Positions 20,501-35,500 of a stretch of 64,000 bases of DNA are shown here, one piece after another. The notes under the pieces are model-generated. The model did no database searches and had not been told where the DNA came from. It saw only the letters and a list, made by a program, of their open reading frames with translations. Location of the stretch: positions 8,594 to 72,593 of the forward strand of contig CAZABZ010000001.1 of the NCBI GenBank assembly GCA_964483535.1, given 5' to 3'. The position numbers and the translations under genes are program-made. The stretch is from an uncultured Planctomycetales bacterium (GTDB lineage: Bacteria > Omnitrophota > Gorgyraeia > Zapsychrales > Fredricksoniimonadaceae). Position 1 is the stretch's first letter; each line of letters opens with the position of its first letter.

Positions 20501-23500
20501 GATCCCGGCATAAGCAAAAATGGCCTTGATAAATTCATAACTATCCCCACTCAACCCTTCAATGACCTGCTGGGACCTAAGGCCAAGCCCTTTGACGTTT
20601 ACCTCAACAAGATTCTTGGCTAACTCTACGCGCTCTGCGGTCTTTAAACTATTCAAAAGCGTCAACGCATCTTCCCATGCCTGTTGAGGCACAACATTGA
20701 TGCCTTCAATACCACTCTTGCCTTCAAGGATCATATCTTGCTTGCGCAAGTTGGCGGCTATGCGGAACATTTCGCCAATATATGTTTTAATGTAATCTTT
20801 CTGCTCTTTGGACTGGAGTTGTTCATCTGTAATTGTGGTAGTTACGCTGACTCCCTTGACTTCCCCTGAAGCAATCAAATCTGCAAAGGCCTTATTGAAC
20901 ATGCCCTTGGTGCGCAATTGCGCCTGGGGCTTGGTCATATATACAATGGTCAGTGTACGGCCTTTCTGTATTAAGCCCTTTTCGAGCATTTCTTTCCTGC
21001 TCTTGTTGAAATTATCAAGGGTGAATTTCGATTCCTCTTCAAGTACAAAAGCCTCGTTGCTGAGCATCTTGTTAAGTACATCTTCTGAGATTATGCCTTC
21101 CTGTGCTTTGCTCTGGGCTATCTTACGTATGATCTGACGGATCAAATCCGCCTCAGAAGTGCCCACAGCCTCTTGAAGCGAAGCGCCTGCTTCAAGGGCG
21201 GCTTTAACTTCCTTAACATGTTCATCCTTGCTTATTTTTCTCCCGCCGCCTATTTCAACCTCAAATGCATTTTCTACTGCCGCTTCAAGAAGAGCTATTG
21301 TCAAGCGACCAACTCCACCGGAGATAATGATACGTAAAGGATTGTCTTTATTGCTTTTGGAACGAACAACGTCTGCCTTGGCAAAAAAATCCAAAATCTT
21401 ATCAAACACCTGTACAACATCAGCGCCAAGGACCATCAACTGACTGTTTTCATTAGCTAATAACTCAATGCTCTGCTCATCGGCGATATCATTAACAGCC
21501 ATCAACGAAACCATTCTTCTTAATGGCTCAATAGGATTAATTGCTCCCTTGTCCTTAGTCCCGTCTTTAGTCACATCAATCCCTACTTTAGCTAACTCGT
21601 TTTGAAGATATTTATCATCATCCGACAATTTTCCTGTTTTTATATCTTCTGCCACGCCTTCCATTATCTCCTCTATCCGAACTTTAGCTTTCGCTTTAAC
21701 ACGCTCAATTTCTTCCTGACCGACCACTTCAATTATTCCCGCCAATTCATCCATTAAATCCAGAAAAACAGATCCAAACTCTTCCACATAATGTTGCGCG
21801 CGTTTTGTCTCCTCATCTTGTCTCTCTGCATCAAATCGCTTCTTAGATTTAATCTTTAAAGCATACCCGACAGCTCTGCTGACCTGACCAACCTCATCTA
21901 CAATTTTTTGAATCCTTTCTACCCCCGGATTTTGATATCTAAATTCATACGCCATAAAGTTAGGATTGGCTTCCCCTAAAATGCCACCTTCCCTCAATTT
22001 CCCAACAATCTTTGCCCCTTCGTTAACAACTAACGGCCGAAATGGCCACTGATTAAACGGCATTAGTTTGTTTCTTTGAAAATATTGAATATTTTCTTTC
22101 ATTTCCGCCAAAGTTAAATATGGATCAAACATGATAAATCCAACATCCAACCCCAGGCCAAGGTCTTGAAGCGTTCTTAACGAAACAGCTATGTCATCAA
22201 ACTGCATCCCTCGTGAATACCTCTTAAATTGGCTAAGGCTTCCAGCCTCAACACCCATAAAAACTTTTACTAACCCTACCTGCTTTAAACGTATGAACAA
22301 TTTCTTCATTTCCTCATTTTGATTCCCCCTATCGTTACTTTTAAAAACAATATCCGGCCTAGTAAAAATACGGAACGTAAATTTAATCCCATATTTCTTC
22401 GACAATGCCTCAATGCCGTCAGCAATTTGATAAATCCTTGAAATATTCTCTTTGTTTCGGCCTCCAATAAACTCATCATCCGAGAACTCCACCTCAGTTA
22501 TTCCCTGAGACATAACCGATTCTAAGTTCTTCAGCACCCGCTCAACAGTAAACCCTTGCCAACTCGCCGTGTTTCCTTTTTGTACTACTTCTCCTGTCCT
22601 TCTAAAGGACGTTCTTGTGCAATAGGCACAACCTCCCCAAGGACATCCCCGGGAAGTTTGGACTTGAACATTGCCGCCATCCTTGACAATATCCTGATAC
22701 GAACCTACCGCAGGCATATAAGGTAACGTCTGAAGATCTATTGTTTCTCTTTTTGTGTCTACCCTTCTGTTAGTCGCCGGATCTAAGAAAACAAGATTTG
22801 AGACCTCTGAAAGAGAGGCCTTCCCTCTATTAAATTCCACTAATCCTCGTAAAGCAATTTCGCCCTCACCCCTCACAACAACACCTTGAGGATAAATTTC
22901 TAAGAACTTGTCTGGGAAATATGTGGGAAGTTGATTGCCAAAGACCACTAAGGTGTGTTTTGGATCAAAGCCTTGCCTGGCCATCAATTGAGACATAATA
23001 GCCTGCACTAATTCTATTGCCCCTGGTTGTACCGATAACCCTAACATATCCGGCTGATCATTAACGATTTCATCGACTATTCCTCGAATATCATCATAGC
23101 TTCTTGTCCATCGGCTTGATACATCCACCGTCCTTCCAAAATGGCCCTGAAGATCTCCTTTTAATGTTTCCAAAGATAAATTATTCCACGCGTTATAATG
23201 TGCCGGTGACCCAAGCCCAATTAATTTGACTTTGCTTACAATTTGGAAGGTAACAAATTTATTAAAGGCAGGGTGAACGCTGGTAACAACTCCGCTTGCG
23301 ATATTTTCGTTAAGCCAGTTCTTGAATGCTTGCAACATGTAACCGTTTTGGGCAATGATGCCCGCGGTAAGGGCGGCTACGTCATCGTTATCCATATTGG
23401 GATTAGCTAAAGATTGGAATTCATCGATCAATACAGCTTCAACCACAGCAGGTGGCGCGCGGCCTAAATGAGGACTTAAGGTAACTACATTGTTGATTGT

Positions 23501-26500
23501 GTCTGTTTCCGCAACGAAACCATTGGCTGTCTCTGCCACATTCAAGGTAAATTGCGCATCGCTTAAGCCAGCCTTGGCCGCGGCAGCTTCGATCGTGCTG
23601 CGAAGCTGGTCAACTTTTTCTGAAGTCATCTGACCTTCTATGGCTTCCACTGTTGCCTTACCGGCAACGATGGCGACCTCCATAGCCACCTTCGCTTCAT
23701 GCGTGGTGGTGACCTTGATGGGGAAGGGTTTCTTGCTCTCATTGGCTATTGTAAAACTGTGCCTGCTAAGCTTGGAAGCTATAATCACCCCAAGCATCAG
23801 CACCGCTGGTACAAACCAGATCGCGCCAAGAGAATAAAAGACAATTATTCCAACAGTGCTCAAGCCAAGAAGGGCCTGTCCAAAGCTCCACGCATAGGCG
23901 AGGACATAGGCCGCAATCCCAACCAGCGTCACTGTCGTAAACCAACTGGAACGAAAGAGCTTCGGCAGTAAATTTGCATCACCGTACTCTTCATCAACGA
24001 TATTGGTAGTATGAATAAACTTATAAACACCGTTGTACATATAACGCGCCTGATTGGCTGAGAGAGATAACGGTTTACTCTGGGCAATGCCCGCCAGTCG
24101 AGCAATCACAGATATATCCATTTTGTCTGCCGCACGCATTTCCCCAATCTTGTTGTAACGATTGAATTCCCCAAACATCTCATTCGCATGGACCATCAGG
24201 CCTTCCTCATAACCCCAACGGGCAAGGAACCGATCCAGCGCCTCACGGAACCAACGGTCAGATGTCACGCGCTTGTTTTCTGGGAGCCCTTCATTTACAT
24301 AATCAACAAAACGATCCAGGCTGGAACGTTCAATGGTTAGATCTGGCCTAACGATCGGATCAAATGAACGAAATTCATTGGCCGTGGAAGCATTTAAGCG
24401 AGCCACTGCCGTACGGATGACCTTTGTTGCACGTGCGATGAGGACTCCCTGAACAAGCCTAACCCCTCCCTTGAACACCACCGGAACCGCGAGTACGACC
24501 AGTGACGCAATCGGAGCAACCCAAAGAAGAGCGATTGCTATCAGCACCGATGCGGCAACACCCGTCCGCGCCCAATTAACACCAAGGGCCTTCTTTTGTG
24601 CCTCTGCATCATTTAAAGCTTTCTCCCAAGTCTTCTTAATGTCCTCATTAGCTTGACCCAAAATGCGCATCCTGAGCGCCTTGATATCATCACGCACGTT
24701 CACGCGTTCAGCTCCCATCAAAATATCGCGCCAAGCGCGGTATTGAGCGTAGAAGAAGAAAATTCCTGTATCAATGATTGCCATCGCAATCTTAATCGGC
24801 ATAGACCATATCGTTCCACGATATTGAATACGATGGTAAATTGCGCTGTAATCAGGGATCTTCTTGTCATAAATGTTATATGCCCATGGCCAAACTTTCA
24901 AAGCGCGACCAAGCCACGGACGAGACAGGTTCGGGATAACGCCTGGATTATAAACTTGAGGATAAATAAGCCAGCCCAAGATCATATTGAAGTAGAAGAT
25001 TGTCACCGCAAGGATCACTGGGTGAAAATTCACAAGGCACCCGATGATGATAACAAACGGAGCGGCCAAAATCATCCCATAGCGATCACCCTTGCCCTTA
25101 ACAACATCAATATATCGCTGGTTCATATACCAACCGCTGCGGTCTGTCGGAGGGAAGCACGGAACGCCCTGTGTTGCCCAGTCATTAATAGCATCCACAT
25201 AGTTCGGATAAAGCGAACCAAAAATCCCCACGAACCCAGGCTTAATGAACATGCGTTTAAGCAAGATCAGGGTCCCCATCGGCCAACCATAAATCTGATT
25301 GTAGAAATGGTGGGCTGACAAACTGATCGAATGCATAAAAAGATAGCTCATCGCAATGGCAATAATTGAAAGCGGCAAGCCATACCAAGGATTGATCTGG
25401 AGAACCATCAAAATAACAAATGTCAAAGTACCGATCATCCCAGGGACCTTGCGCAAGAAGAAATGGCGCATGCCAAGTGAGGTCAATTTGTAATGTACCG
25501 GGATTGGGCTAAGAAGCGATCGCAGCATCTCTTCATGCTGGAAGAGCTCGGTCACGTCAGCGGCATATTTGTATTCTGGTGTCATGTGATTGATACGACG
25601 GTGTGTCTTGTCCTGAATCATTTCCACATATGAACGATATCTAAGCTTCCCACCTTTTGATATAGCGCCCATACCCATCAGTGAATCTTCAGCCGCGGAT
25701 AAAAGCGGCCCATTCCCATCGCGGCCAGAACGCAGATCAACACCCGCAGCCTTAAACGGTGCGCGAACCTGAGCTGTCAAGCCCGAAACACTTGGGAATG
25801 GCTCGCCGAAGAACGAATCAAGTTCCATCTCCCACTTGCCATAAACTTCCAGCGAACCCATACGGTTCATCGCCATCTGAACAGGATGTGTCCAGGCAGA
25901 TTCCGCGAGGCCACCAGATCCGGAAGCCAACGTTGTTAACATATGCTCAGACCACAGCGGGAACAGACTACCAGTGAGTTTCGGATCCGCATCATACTCT
26001 GCAGTCACAAACGGTAAGAATTGCGCTTCTTCAAACGGGATACGGTTAGAGTTATCCTGACCAATCATATGCCTGGCCTGAGTCATTGCGCCTTTCAACT
26101 CCATCCAAGCCGCGTCCTTAACTGGCATGATCAACATATATCCGGATGGCTCAACAACGGAAACATTCGGTAGATATTTTGAATCTTCGGCCATGCCCGC
26201 TTGAGCAGGGCTAAAGCCGGCGGCCCAGGCACCAACCGGCTGATAATTGTATGCGAACTTTTCCGCAGCAAGTTCTTTATAATTCATTTCAGCTTGGATA
26301 AGATAACTATTTTCATCCTCCGTCAAGGCCTGACCATTGGACTGCTTTGTTTTGATTCCTTGATAAATATCATCCCAAAGATAATCTTCAGTATGATGAC
26401 GATAAGCTTGGAATATCTCGGCGTTACGTAAATTAATGTTCTTGATCGTATTTTCACGTACGCTGACCCAAAGCGTAAATGTTTGCATAAGCCCTTCCAA

Positions 26501-29500
26501 ACGCTTGGCTGTATCCGGACTTATTCCTTGCCTCTTTGGAGTTTCCTGTGGGTAAAGCTGGTTTAATATTTCTCTTTTAAGCTTCTTCCCATCAGCAGTA
26601 CTGGCCAGCTTTTGGAAGTCATCATCAGAAAATGTTACAAAACCTTGAGGCAGTAATTCTCTAATATTTTCATCTATCTCATTTGTTTTCAAATGGTTAA
26701 CGTAATTTTGGAATGGGTCTATGCTATTATTTAGCCAATCGACAGCGCCTCTAATGTCTTTAAACCTATCTGTGGATTTGCCTAATTTTTCTAATAACGG
26801 CTTGATTTTCTCTAATGATTTCCTAAATTCACCCTCCTGAAATTCAAAAGAACGTATTACTGCTAAGGCTTTCTGAACCTCTTCGTCAAATTTAATTTGG
26901 GGATTTTGAGGATCAATCTTACACCCTAACTTAACTAAAAACTCCAGATGTCGCCCATTCATAATACCGTTCCCTAATTGTACACTTGCCAAACAGGCGC
27001 GAACTTCATCCTCAATGGCTTGCAGGTTATCCGCCTTAATGAAATCATATCCTCTGCCCTGACGAATAATGCCTGTGATCCGATCCAAAGCTTCATCGCT
27101 TATGCCATATTTATCTTTCCAGAAATTCCGGAATTCAATATTGTGATTGTCATTATTCAAAAATATTGCTGCCGCATGACGAACGGTCTCGTAATTAACC
27201 AATAAGGATACGCCAGCATAAGTTCCATGCAAAAGTATCCGCGGCATATCGCTGAACCGTTCATACGGTGTTGTGCGTCCATTTGCGGTCGCCGGGATAT
27301 CGGTACGGAAAAATTTGTTAAGGAATTGACGTAGATTATGACGAGCTTCATGATTCAATTTTGTCAAATCACTGTGTGTCAGCGTGAAAGCCTTAAACTT
27401 AGCTTGCTGTGCAACGCTCAACATGGTCTTATTCTCCGCTACAAAACGGTCAATTAGCTGACCATAAATCTTCACTGCCACATCGCGACGGCCACCAAAA
27501 GCGTTATACGCAAATAAATTCTTGAGGCGACTGCGTTGCATCAAACGGTATCCCCAGAACGCGGCCGTAATTCCGCCAAGCATAACGGCACCGGGAATTC
27601 CAAGTCCGATATAACCAAGAACTCCGGCCAACGATGTCAACAATGCAAAACCAGCCTGATAACGGATATCTTCTTTCATGCCGCCAAGACTCTCCCCCTT
27701 AAGAATGCTCAACGCGACATATACATCATCATTGCTGCGAACCGTATACGCGCGGATGTCTTCGGCGAAATCTTTAGCAACGCGGTTGACTGAAAGATAA
27801 AACGTTGTCGAAAGGATCATGGCCCCGAACAGGATTGCCAACGCAAAACCCGGAACAGCCACCAACGCCGCACTCCCTACGCCCAAAGCCCCTAACATCA
27901 TCAGAAGTTTTGGCATAGTCAGGATCGCAACCGCGCCAACACTCAAACTCATATAGAACACTGCATTGCGCAGGATGCGACTGAACTCTTTTAAGCCTTC
28001 GATCATCAAGCCCGTTTCCTGCTGAGTCATATGTAACATTTCAGCCTGCCCGCGGATATAATCACGATCAATCAGGATCATTACCCATGTCTTAAAGATT
28101 GAAACACCCGCAGGGACGTTCCAGAAACGGCGATCAAAAAATAGACGGAAATAATTACCATACAAACGAAGTTTGGACATCGGATAGGTAATAAACGGCA
28201 GATTAAGCTTCTTCATCTCTTCGCGCTTCCAGCTCATGAGATATTTGTCCATGATCTGCTGAACAAACGCTTCATAAATCATAAAAATACGATCTACCGC
28301 AGATCCTGGTGGGTTTCCGTCAACGGTAATCCCATCATACTTAGTGGTCCTCCCATCCTTAGTGATCATCCCATACTTAGTGCGCACATCAAAAAGAACC
28401 TCAATGGCATCTGCCAGCTTGCTATAGAATTGATCATCCTTCAGCGTTCCCTCATTAACCTCATTCAGGATTTGATTCGCTTCAGCGACCGCAGCATCTG
28501 TATCAGCAAGAACATTACCAATCACGCCTGGATGTCCCATCTCTTGGAGAATCTGGTGCAAAATAGCCTTTTGCGTAATCGTAGTCTCCGCCAACATCCG
28601 ACGAGCATCGGCAAGTGTTAGCCCCTGAGCACGCAGATCATGACCTCTCAAGAAATACCGATCCAAATCATCCGGCAAGAAAACCGGACGATGCTGAACA
28701 CGTTTGGATTTCACCCCACAATAGAACGTGTCATACATAACCTGAGCGATATAACGGAAGAAGCGGTCATGTCCTCTGACAATCTCATGGAAGCGACTCG
28801 GCTCTGCTTTAACCTTCTCTGCCCAGCGATTGACCAGTGTCGGACGGGTATAGGCTGTTTCCTGTTCAACCATGCGGACCGTCACATATTCTTCCAGCGG
28901 GATCTCAACATTCCCAAATATCGTCTTACGGCCATCGGCTTCGGTCACGACGTGGAACTTGCGGATCTTAATCGTGATAACCCCATTGGGGGCCAATCGA
29001 AACGCATTCTTGCCTCTCATTTCAATATAACGGCGAACAATCTCTTCGTTAATAAGGTCCCTCTTCATACGAATAGTCACCGCCATCTTCGGAGCATCCG
29101 TTGGCCGGCGTAACAAACCGCCAATATAACGTGTCATCTTGGTAAGATATCCATCATAACGGCTCTGGGTATGAATAAGCGGCTGAGCACCAGCGAGCTC
29201 ACCTATAATATTGCGCACCGCATAAAGGCTTGGATGACGAATCTCCCAACGGCTATCAACTGCTGCCACCACATCGTCTGCAGAAATCGGCATATCATCA
29301 TTGGCTTCTGAGCTTTCAACCTTTGTAATGAGAGCATCAATAATGTCAAGAATAACCTCTTTGGTTGGACGTCCATTAACCAGAGGAAAATTCGCATTGT
29401 TCAAAATACCGCCATTAAGGAAGTTCCATGTCCCCGGAAAAGCATTAATGCCACGAACGAAATCCCTCACATTATTAGCGATGACATCTCTGCCCTCACG

Positions 29501-32500
29501 CAAACGAGCCAATACATACGCCTTGTTATTGAAATGATACTTTTCAAATATCGCGGTGTTGATTGGGATAATGGCAGCCTCAACCGACTTACGGATAAGG
29601 TAAGTCGCCAAGCTGTTGGTCTGTATCTTGTTGCGCTTGACCAGCCTATACGCATCCAAAACAACCGCCTTGATTCTAATGTCCGTAACAAGGCCATCCG
29701 CGATCAGACGACGGAAGATATCAGCCACATCTTCTTTATGATTCGGGAAGGCGTGATCCAAAGCCTCTGCAGCAGCAAGCAGTGCATCATTGCCCTGCGC
29801 TCGGAACATAGCCTTAAGTAGATTTAACATGTCCTTCTTACGGGTTGAGATATCCGTGGGAGTTACATTGCGACCGGTCAAAATCTTCACCCGATTCGTG
29901 AACATATCGCGTATCTTTTGGAACTTAAGAATTCTTCGGATGTTAATTGCGCGTAAGAATGCCAACGCCGCCATCAGGAACGCGCCGATTAAAGAATAGA
30001 ACAACGCGCTCTCCTTAATCCCCTGCCAAATGGTCTTCTCTGTCAGAGTACCTATCTGCTTATCGACAGTGGCCTTTGTCGTCGCGACTGTTCCTGTATC
30101 CGGCGTCAATTCATGAGACTCCATTATGCCAACCGGTCGAAGGAGTAGATTCTGTACAATACCGTTATTCAGGGCATCGGAGATGAAGATATTCTTGGGC
30201 ATTCCTTTCGGCAAATACTCCAGACTAAAGGTCTTGCGGATATACTTGCTGTCCTGCAAGATGACCAACTTACCATTGACGTATTCACGATAAGGAATCC
30301 CGGCAAAATTCTGGAAGAGCCGTTTGATTTTGCCGACAATGCCTTGTTCCATATTTAATTCCCAAATATGAACATCGGCTGGATGACCATTAGGTTGGGT
30401 CACGTAGAAAGAAGCAGGCTTTTCTTTGGTTCGGTCATACGCATTGAGAACATTGTTGATATCTTTACCGTTGATCCAAACACTGTACACCGGTTCATTA
30501 TATGGATTGGAATAAACTTTCTTATAATCGGCAAGCACGTTATCATGTTCAAATATTCTATAATCCACGCCACCCCAAGTGAAATTGATTTCATATTTTG
30601 GCAGTTCGGAAAGTAACGGAATGTTCAAGTCTGTGGGACGTAATTTATTGACTAAGCTGCCATTAGCATCTTGCCCTATAAAAATATTCTCTAAATTCGG
30701 TCCGGCTATCGGATTGCCCTTGGCATCAACCTTGGTATACTGGCCGATCTTATCAGAACCATTGAATGCGTACACATAAGACCCATTGCTCATATTGAGC
30801 GCCGCTAAAATAGCTTCCTGCCTGGGAAGGTTGGATGAACGGTCATCGGCGTAAGAACGGAACGCAATAAGTTGTGGATTTTCTAAAGCGCTTTTCAAAT
30901 CCACCTTGCTCTGCCACGACTCTATGGCCTGCAATCTTCCTTTGCCTCCGTTCCTTATTTCCTTAGCAGCTGAGTCAACCTCCATGGATATTTGCCGGCC
31001 CAACACCTTCTCTGCCAGGAGGTCATAATTATCCTTGCTGGCATCGAGCTTGCCGGTGTATTGATCAACCGTCCCGCGCCCACGGAAAACGTCATAACCG
31101 ATAAGCCCTGATAATTTGTCAAAGTTGGTCAAATTGCTATCATCAAAAATATTTTCTGAATTGTCCCTGCCAACAAAAGTAGACAAAGTGTAATCGGCTA
31201 TGCCGTATATGCCGGTATGCCCATTATAGAAATACATAAAGGAAACGTCTCCGGGTAACATCACAATCCGGCCGCCGATTTTATGGCCAAAATCCTCCCG
31301 CGCCAAATCGCCCAGGTTATTGGCAGTTTCGAGAATATCAAACTTGATCGGACGCCCGTTATAATCAAATTCAACATGGCGGTCACTTTTCGTTCTATTG
31401 TTTACGTATAGCTTTTTGATATCAACGCTATTAATATCAGGAATGACATTCCCGTTACCATAAAGCAGTGCGCTCTTATCAAAAGCTTTTCCCATTTCAT
31501 GACCATTACTATCCAAGACAAAAGTTTCTGCCCGGTTACCCAAATCTACTAAGCTAGGAAGGCCTTCAAAATACGCAACGATTTCAATATTGTCCTTGAT
31601 AGTCCTTGTGATATGGTTATCTTTATTATGGGTCTCAACTGTTTTGTGATTGGCCAACATATGATTGATGACTTCAATAATTAAATTACCGGTTTGCGGG
31701 TTAAATGATACCGGTTTGGCGCTCTTGAATGGTTCTATCCTGCCATCCGGATGAACAATTACCGTCTCTGAACTATCCGCTTGGTTATACAAACTAAACG
31801 GACGGCCATCGACAGGATTGATTGCGCCATCATATTTGTTTCTGATGCTGATTAAATATCTCTGGCCATTGACAAAAACCTCGCGGTAGCTTTCTACGGT
31901 CCGGCTACGAGTAAGAACATCTTTTACTTCATACCATTGCAAGTGGCTTAAGAGATTTGTTAACTGGATCCTGATTTTGCCCTTATTGAACTCTTCGAGT
32001 TTAGATACCGTAAACGGAACGGAATATATATGCTGTCCGCGCTGGATTAAAATATCGGTATGGGCCTTGTCAGACAAAAACACATAGTTATGCCCATACC
32101 CATACCCTGTTATGCGCAAAGCTTGGCCGAGAATCTGATTATTATTGTCCACCAAGGTTATCTGCATATCAGTATCGGCTACGGGCAAGCCTTGAGCGGA
32201 AATCACCTGGATAATTTCGCGGTTGCCATTAAGCAATTGTGTCTGGGTACGGGTCAGTTCACCCTTGTTCCAGCTATACTTCCCATAAATAAACTCCGGA
32301 ATACTTTGTCCGTTCCAGACCAGCGATTCCAGCGCCGAAGCTTCCGTCCCTTTATTGTCATACGCGGGCACATAATCGCTTTTAATGCCATCGCTGGAAT
32401 ATGTCCTGCTCCGCATCAACCGGCCAAACGCACTCAAAGTCCTGTCTGCTTCTTCCAGCTTCTGGCCCTTTTCCAATTTAACCTGATGTTCCTGCCATAG

Positions 32501-35500
32501 CCCGGTCACACGATCATAATTGCCAACTGCGGTAATGGCTTTCTTGTGATCTACCAATGTCTCTGCGGTATAGTTCGTGTCGTTGCGGTCCATCTTAACA
32601 TTTGTATTCCACGGACGGCCCCATTTATCAACGCTGTTGATTCCAACCGAGGCTTCCCAGCGGGGATCATGCTTTTCAATAGTCTCTATGCCGCCGTGCG
32701 CCAAGTCGGTCTTTAAGACAGTCATGATCTGGGTCAACGGGTTGTAATCTAAGGTCCGGTAAGTTTCAGTTTCCTGGCCGTTGGTGAATTTAATGGCCAG
32801 AACGGGCGCCTGGCCTGCGAAAAATTCAGGATCATAGAATTTCCTGGTCATATCTTCAAGCGGGCCTGGGATCCCTTTGCCCATATTGACCATTTCTTCA
32901 TATTGACCGCCGATGTCACGTCCTTGATCATCGGTGACGATGATCCTTTGGGTATTGTTGTGGACAACATCTTGATTGACGGTTGGCAAATACCCGCCGA
33001 ACCGGGACAAATCGCGGTCATCGTTGTTCACCGGCGTGGTGTTGATAAACCGCTTATCGCCCGGCTGAGGATTAAGCAAAAGGTTGACCAATTCCTTTGG
33101 TGTTAATTCACTGTTCAAAGGAGCCTGGGGTTGTGTGCCGTTGTTAAACACCGTCGATCCTTGCAGAGGGCCGTAGGGGTTAAGCTGGTTATCGGTCTTA
33201 AAAAGGTTGTTGACCCTTCGGAATGGCTGGCTATCGACGCCGTAGCTATCCGCTTCCACGGAACCGTCCCGCAAATCAATATATATTTTACGAGAAGTCA
33301 TGTCGCGGTTATCAGTGGGGGTCACCTGCTGGTAATCAGTGGTAAAGGTCATGCCCTCCAGGGGCAATTGCCGATCATGGATCATTTGCTTATCAGGGAT
33401 CATTTGCTTGTCTTTGATCAACTGACGAACCCTATCAACATAGTTCTTCAGGTTGGCCTTGGTTGGATTGGCCAACTCCTGTTCATGATTAAAGGTATTA
33501 CCATATACACGGCTATTGGATTCCTTCCTTAATTCATTATATTCGGGGATAGTGATATGCTTAGACTCGATAGTCAATAGCTTCAGGCCTTCGTAGTAAA
33601 CTTCTACTACTTTCTTCCCTGAAGGATTTGTAAATTCGCTGATCATTTCTTTATGCAGAGGGGAAACGATGCTGGCGGCAAACCGGCCCTTTACGGGTGA
33701 GTTCATATCTATCGTGAAATTACTCCAGCCCTGAAGTTCGCCCTTATACCGTTGCAAAGAAGGCTGGCGGCGGTTTTCACTTTCTAATTGCTCCTTCTGA
33801 CTGCTGGTTAAAATTTCCTGGCCGTTGATCTTGACCGCATCGCCCACTGTGTTGTCCGGTCCTAGTTGATTAATGAACCCCGCGCCTTCAGAATATTCCC
33901 CTTCATCCCCGCGCAAGGCCTTGCCGATGTTGTGGGTATTTTCAGATCGATGCTCAACAAATTTCAGATATTCCGCAACTTCTTCCTCACCGGGCAACAA
34001 ATAAACGTGCGTAGTGACCCCATTTTTGGTGACCACCCATTCCTGACCGTTGTTTCGATCGACATAATCAACATAAGTTCCGTCAGCGGGCGCGGATATT
34101 TTTCCTGCTTCTTCATCTTTTTGTTGTTTTTGGTACAAATCAAATATTGCTCTTTGCTCTCTATCGCGTTCTTTTTTATCCGCCGGCTTTATCGTGGTAT
34201 GGCCCTGCTCCTCTTTGGACACTGCATCAGCATTAGGTAAGGCCGGCAAATCGGAACGGCTTGCTACCGGTGAGAGCAGATCATCATTGTGGAGAACGTT
34301 CGTTTCATATTCAATTAACGCGCCCAAGGATTTGTTGCCCCCGGCGGTAAAATAATCTTTGCCACTCCAAACATTCGGATCAGTGGACTCCGGAATGCTT
34401 AGACTGCCGCCTTTGCTTTGCAATGCCATTAAACTAGACTTATATGTTTTAATTACCTCCTGCAAATCCTTGCGTTGCTTCTCGCTTAGCGGAGACGGAG
34501 AAGCATTTAAAATTTGTTTTAAGACGCCCACAAAATCAGATGTTTCCGCCACGGCAACAATGGCCTCGCGTTGCTGGGGTTGAGTCAAAATAGCCAAAAC
34601 TCTATCAGCATCCTTGCCGGCTATTGCCCGTACTTCATCTTCTTTTAAAACAATACCCGGTATTAAACGCACCTGGGTTTGAGAAACTTCTTTCCAAATC
34701 TCTGGATTGTCTGTATCCAAAATCGAATCTGTGCCCAAGTATTTCACGAGACTTTCCTTCTCGATAATCCCCTTCGGGATAAGGCGCAGGGTGCTGTCAA
34801 CCGGGTCTAAACCTTTAAATTCTCCTTTTTCTGTACCAAAAGTATTGACAATGGCACGGGTGACCTTAATTAACTCTTCTGTCTTATCGGCCCCAACCAA
34901 AAACTCCTTGGCGAAGCCCTCCGGCCCCAAGACCCTTAACCAAAGCAGAGTGGTAGAAGACGCGTATCCCGGCTTACCTTCCTTATAATGGAACAACAGT
35001 GCCTCGTGATCCCACAATTTATGAGCGGTATCTATGACCTCCTTGGCGGCCTTAGGGTCACCATATTTATCAAAGAACGCGTACATCAATGGCGCCTCAT
35101 CGCCGTTTTCGATCTGCTTTATCTCTTTAATCAGACATTCGTGGATCGGTTTTAAAGCCCCTTCAAATTGTTTTTGGGCGCTGACCTCTTTCCCATGATT
35201 GTCCTTTTCATTATCCTCAATCTTTTCATTCGGGTAAGCTTTGTGGAAGTTGATCAGGCCAATACCGAACAAAGCTGTCGCTGTGCGGGAACTTGAGGCC
35301 GGCCTTAATTTTTCAACATCATAACTTTCAGGGGCCCCAGCGTATACTTCTCCTGGAATTCTGGTATTGACCTTTAAATTGCTGTAATAGACCGCCAATA
35401 TATTTTTGGCCTTTTGCTTGTCTTTCTCATTGGGGCTGGCAATAGCGCGCAAAACCAAGTTCAATTCATTAACGCTCATACCCCGTGGATTGTAAATTGA

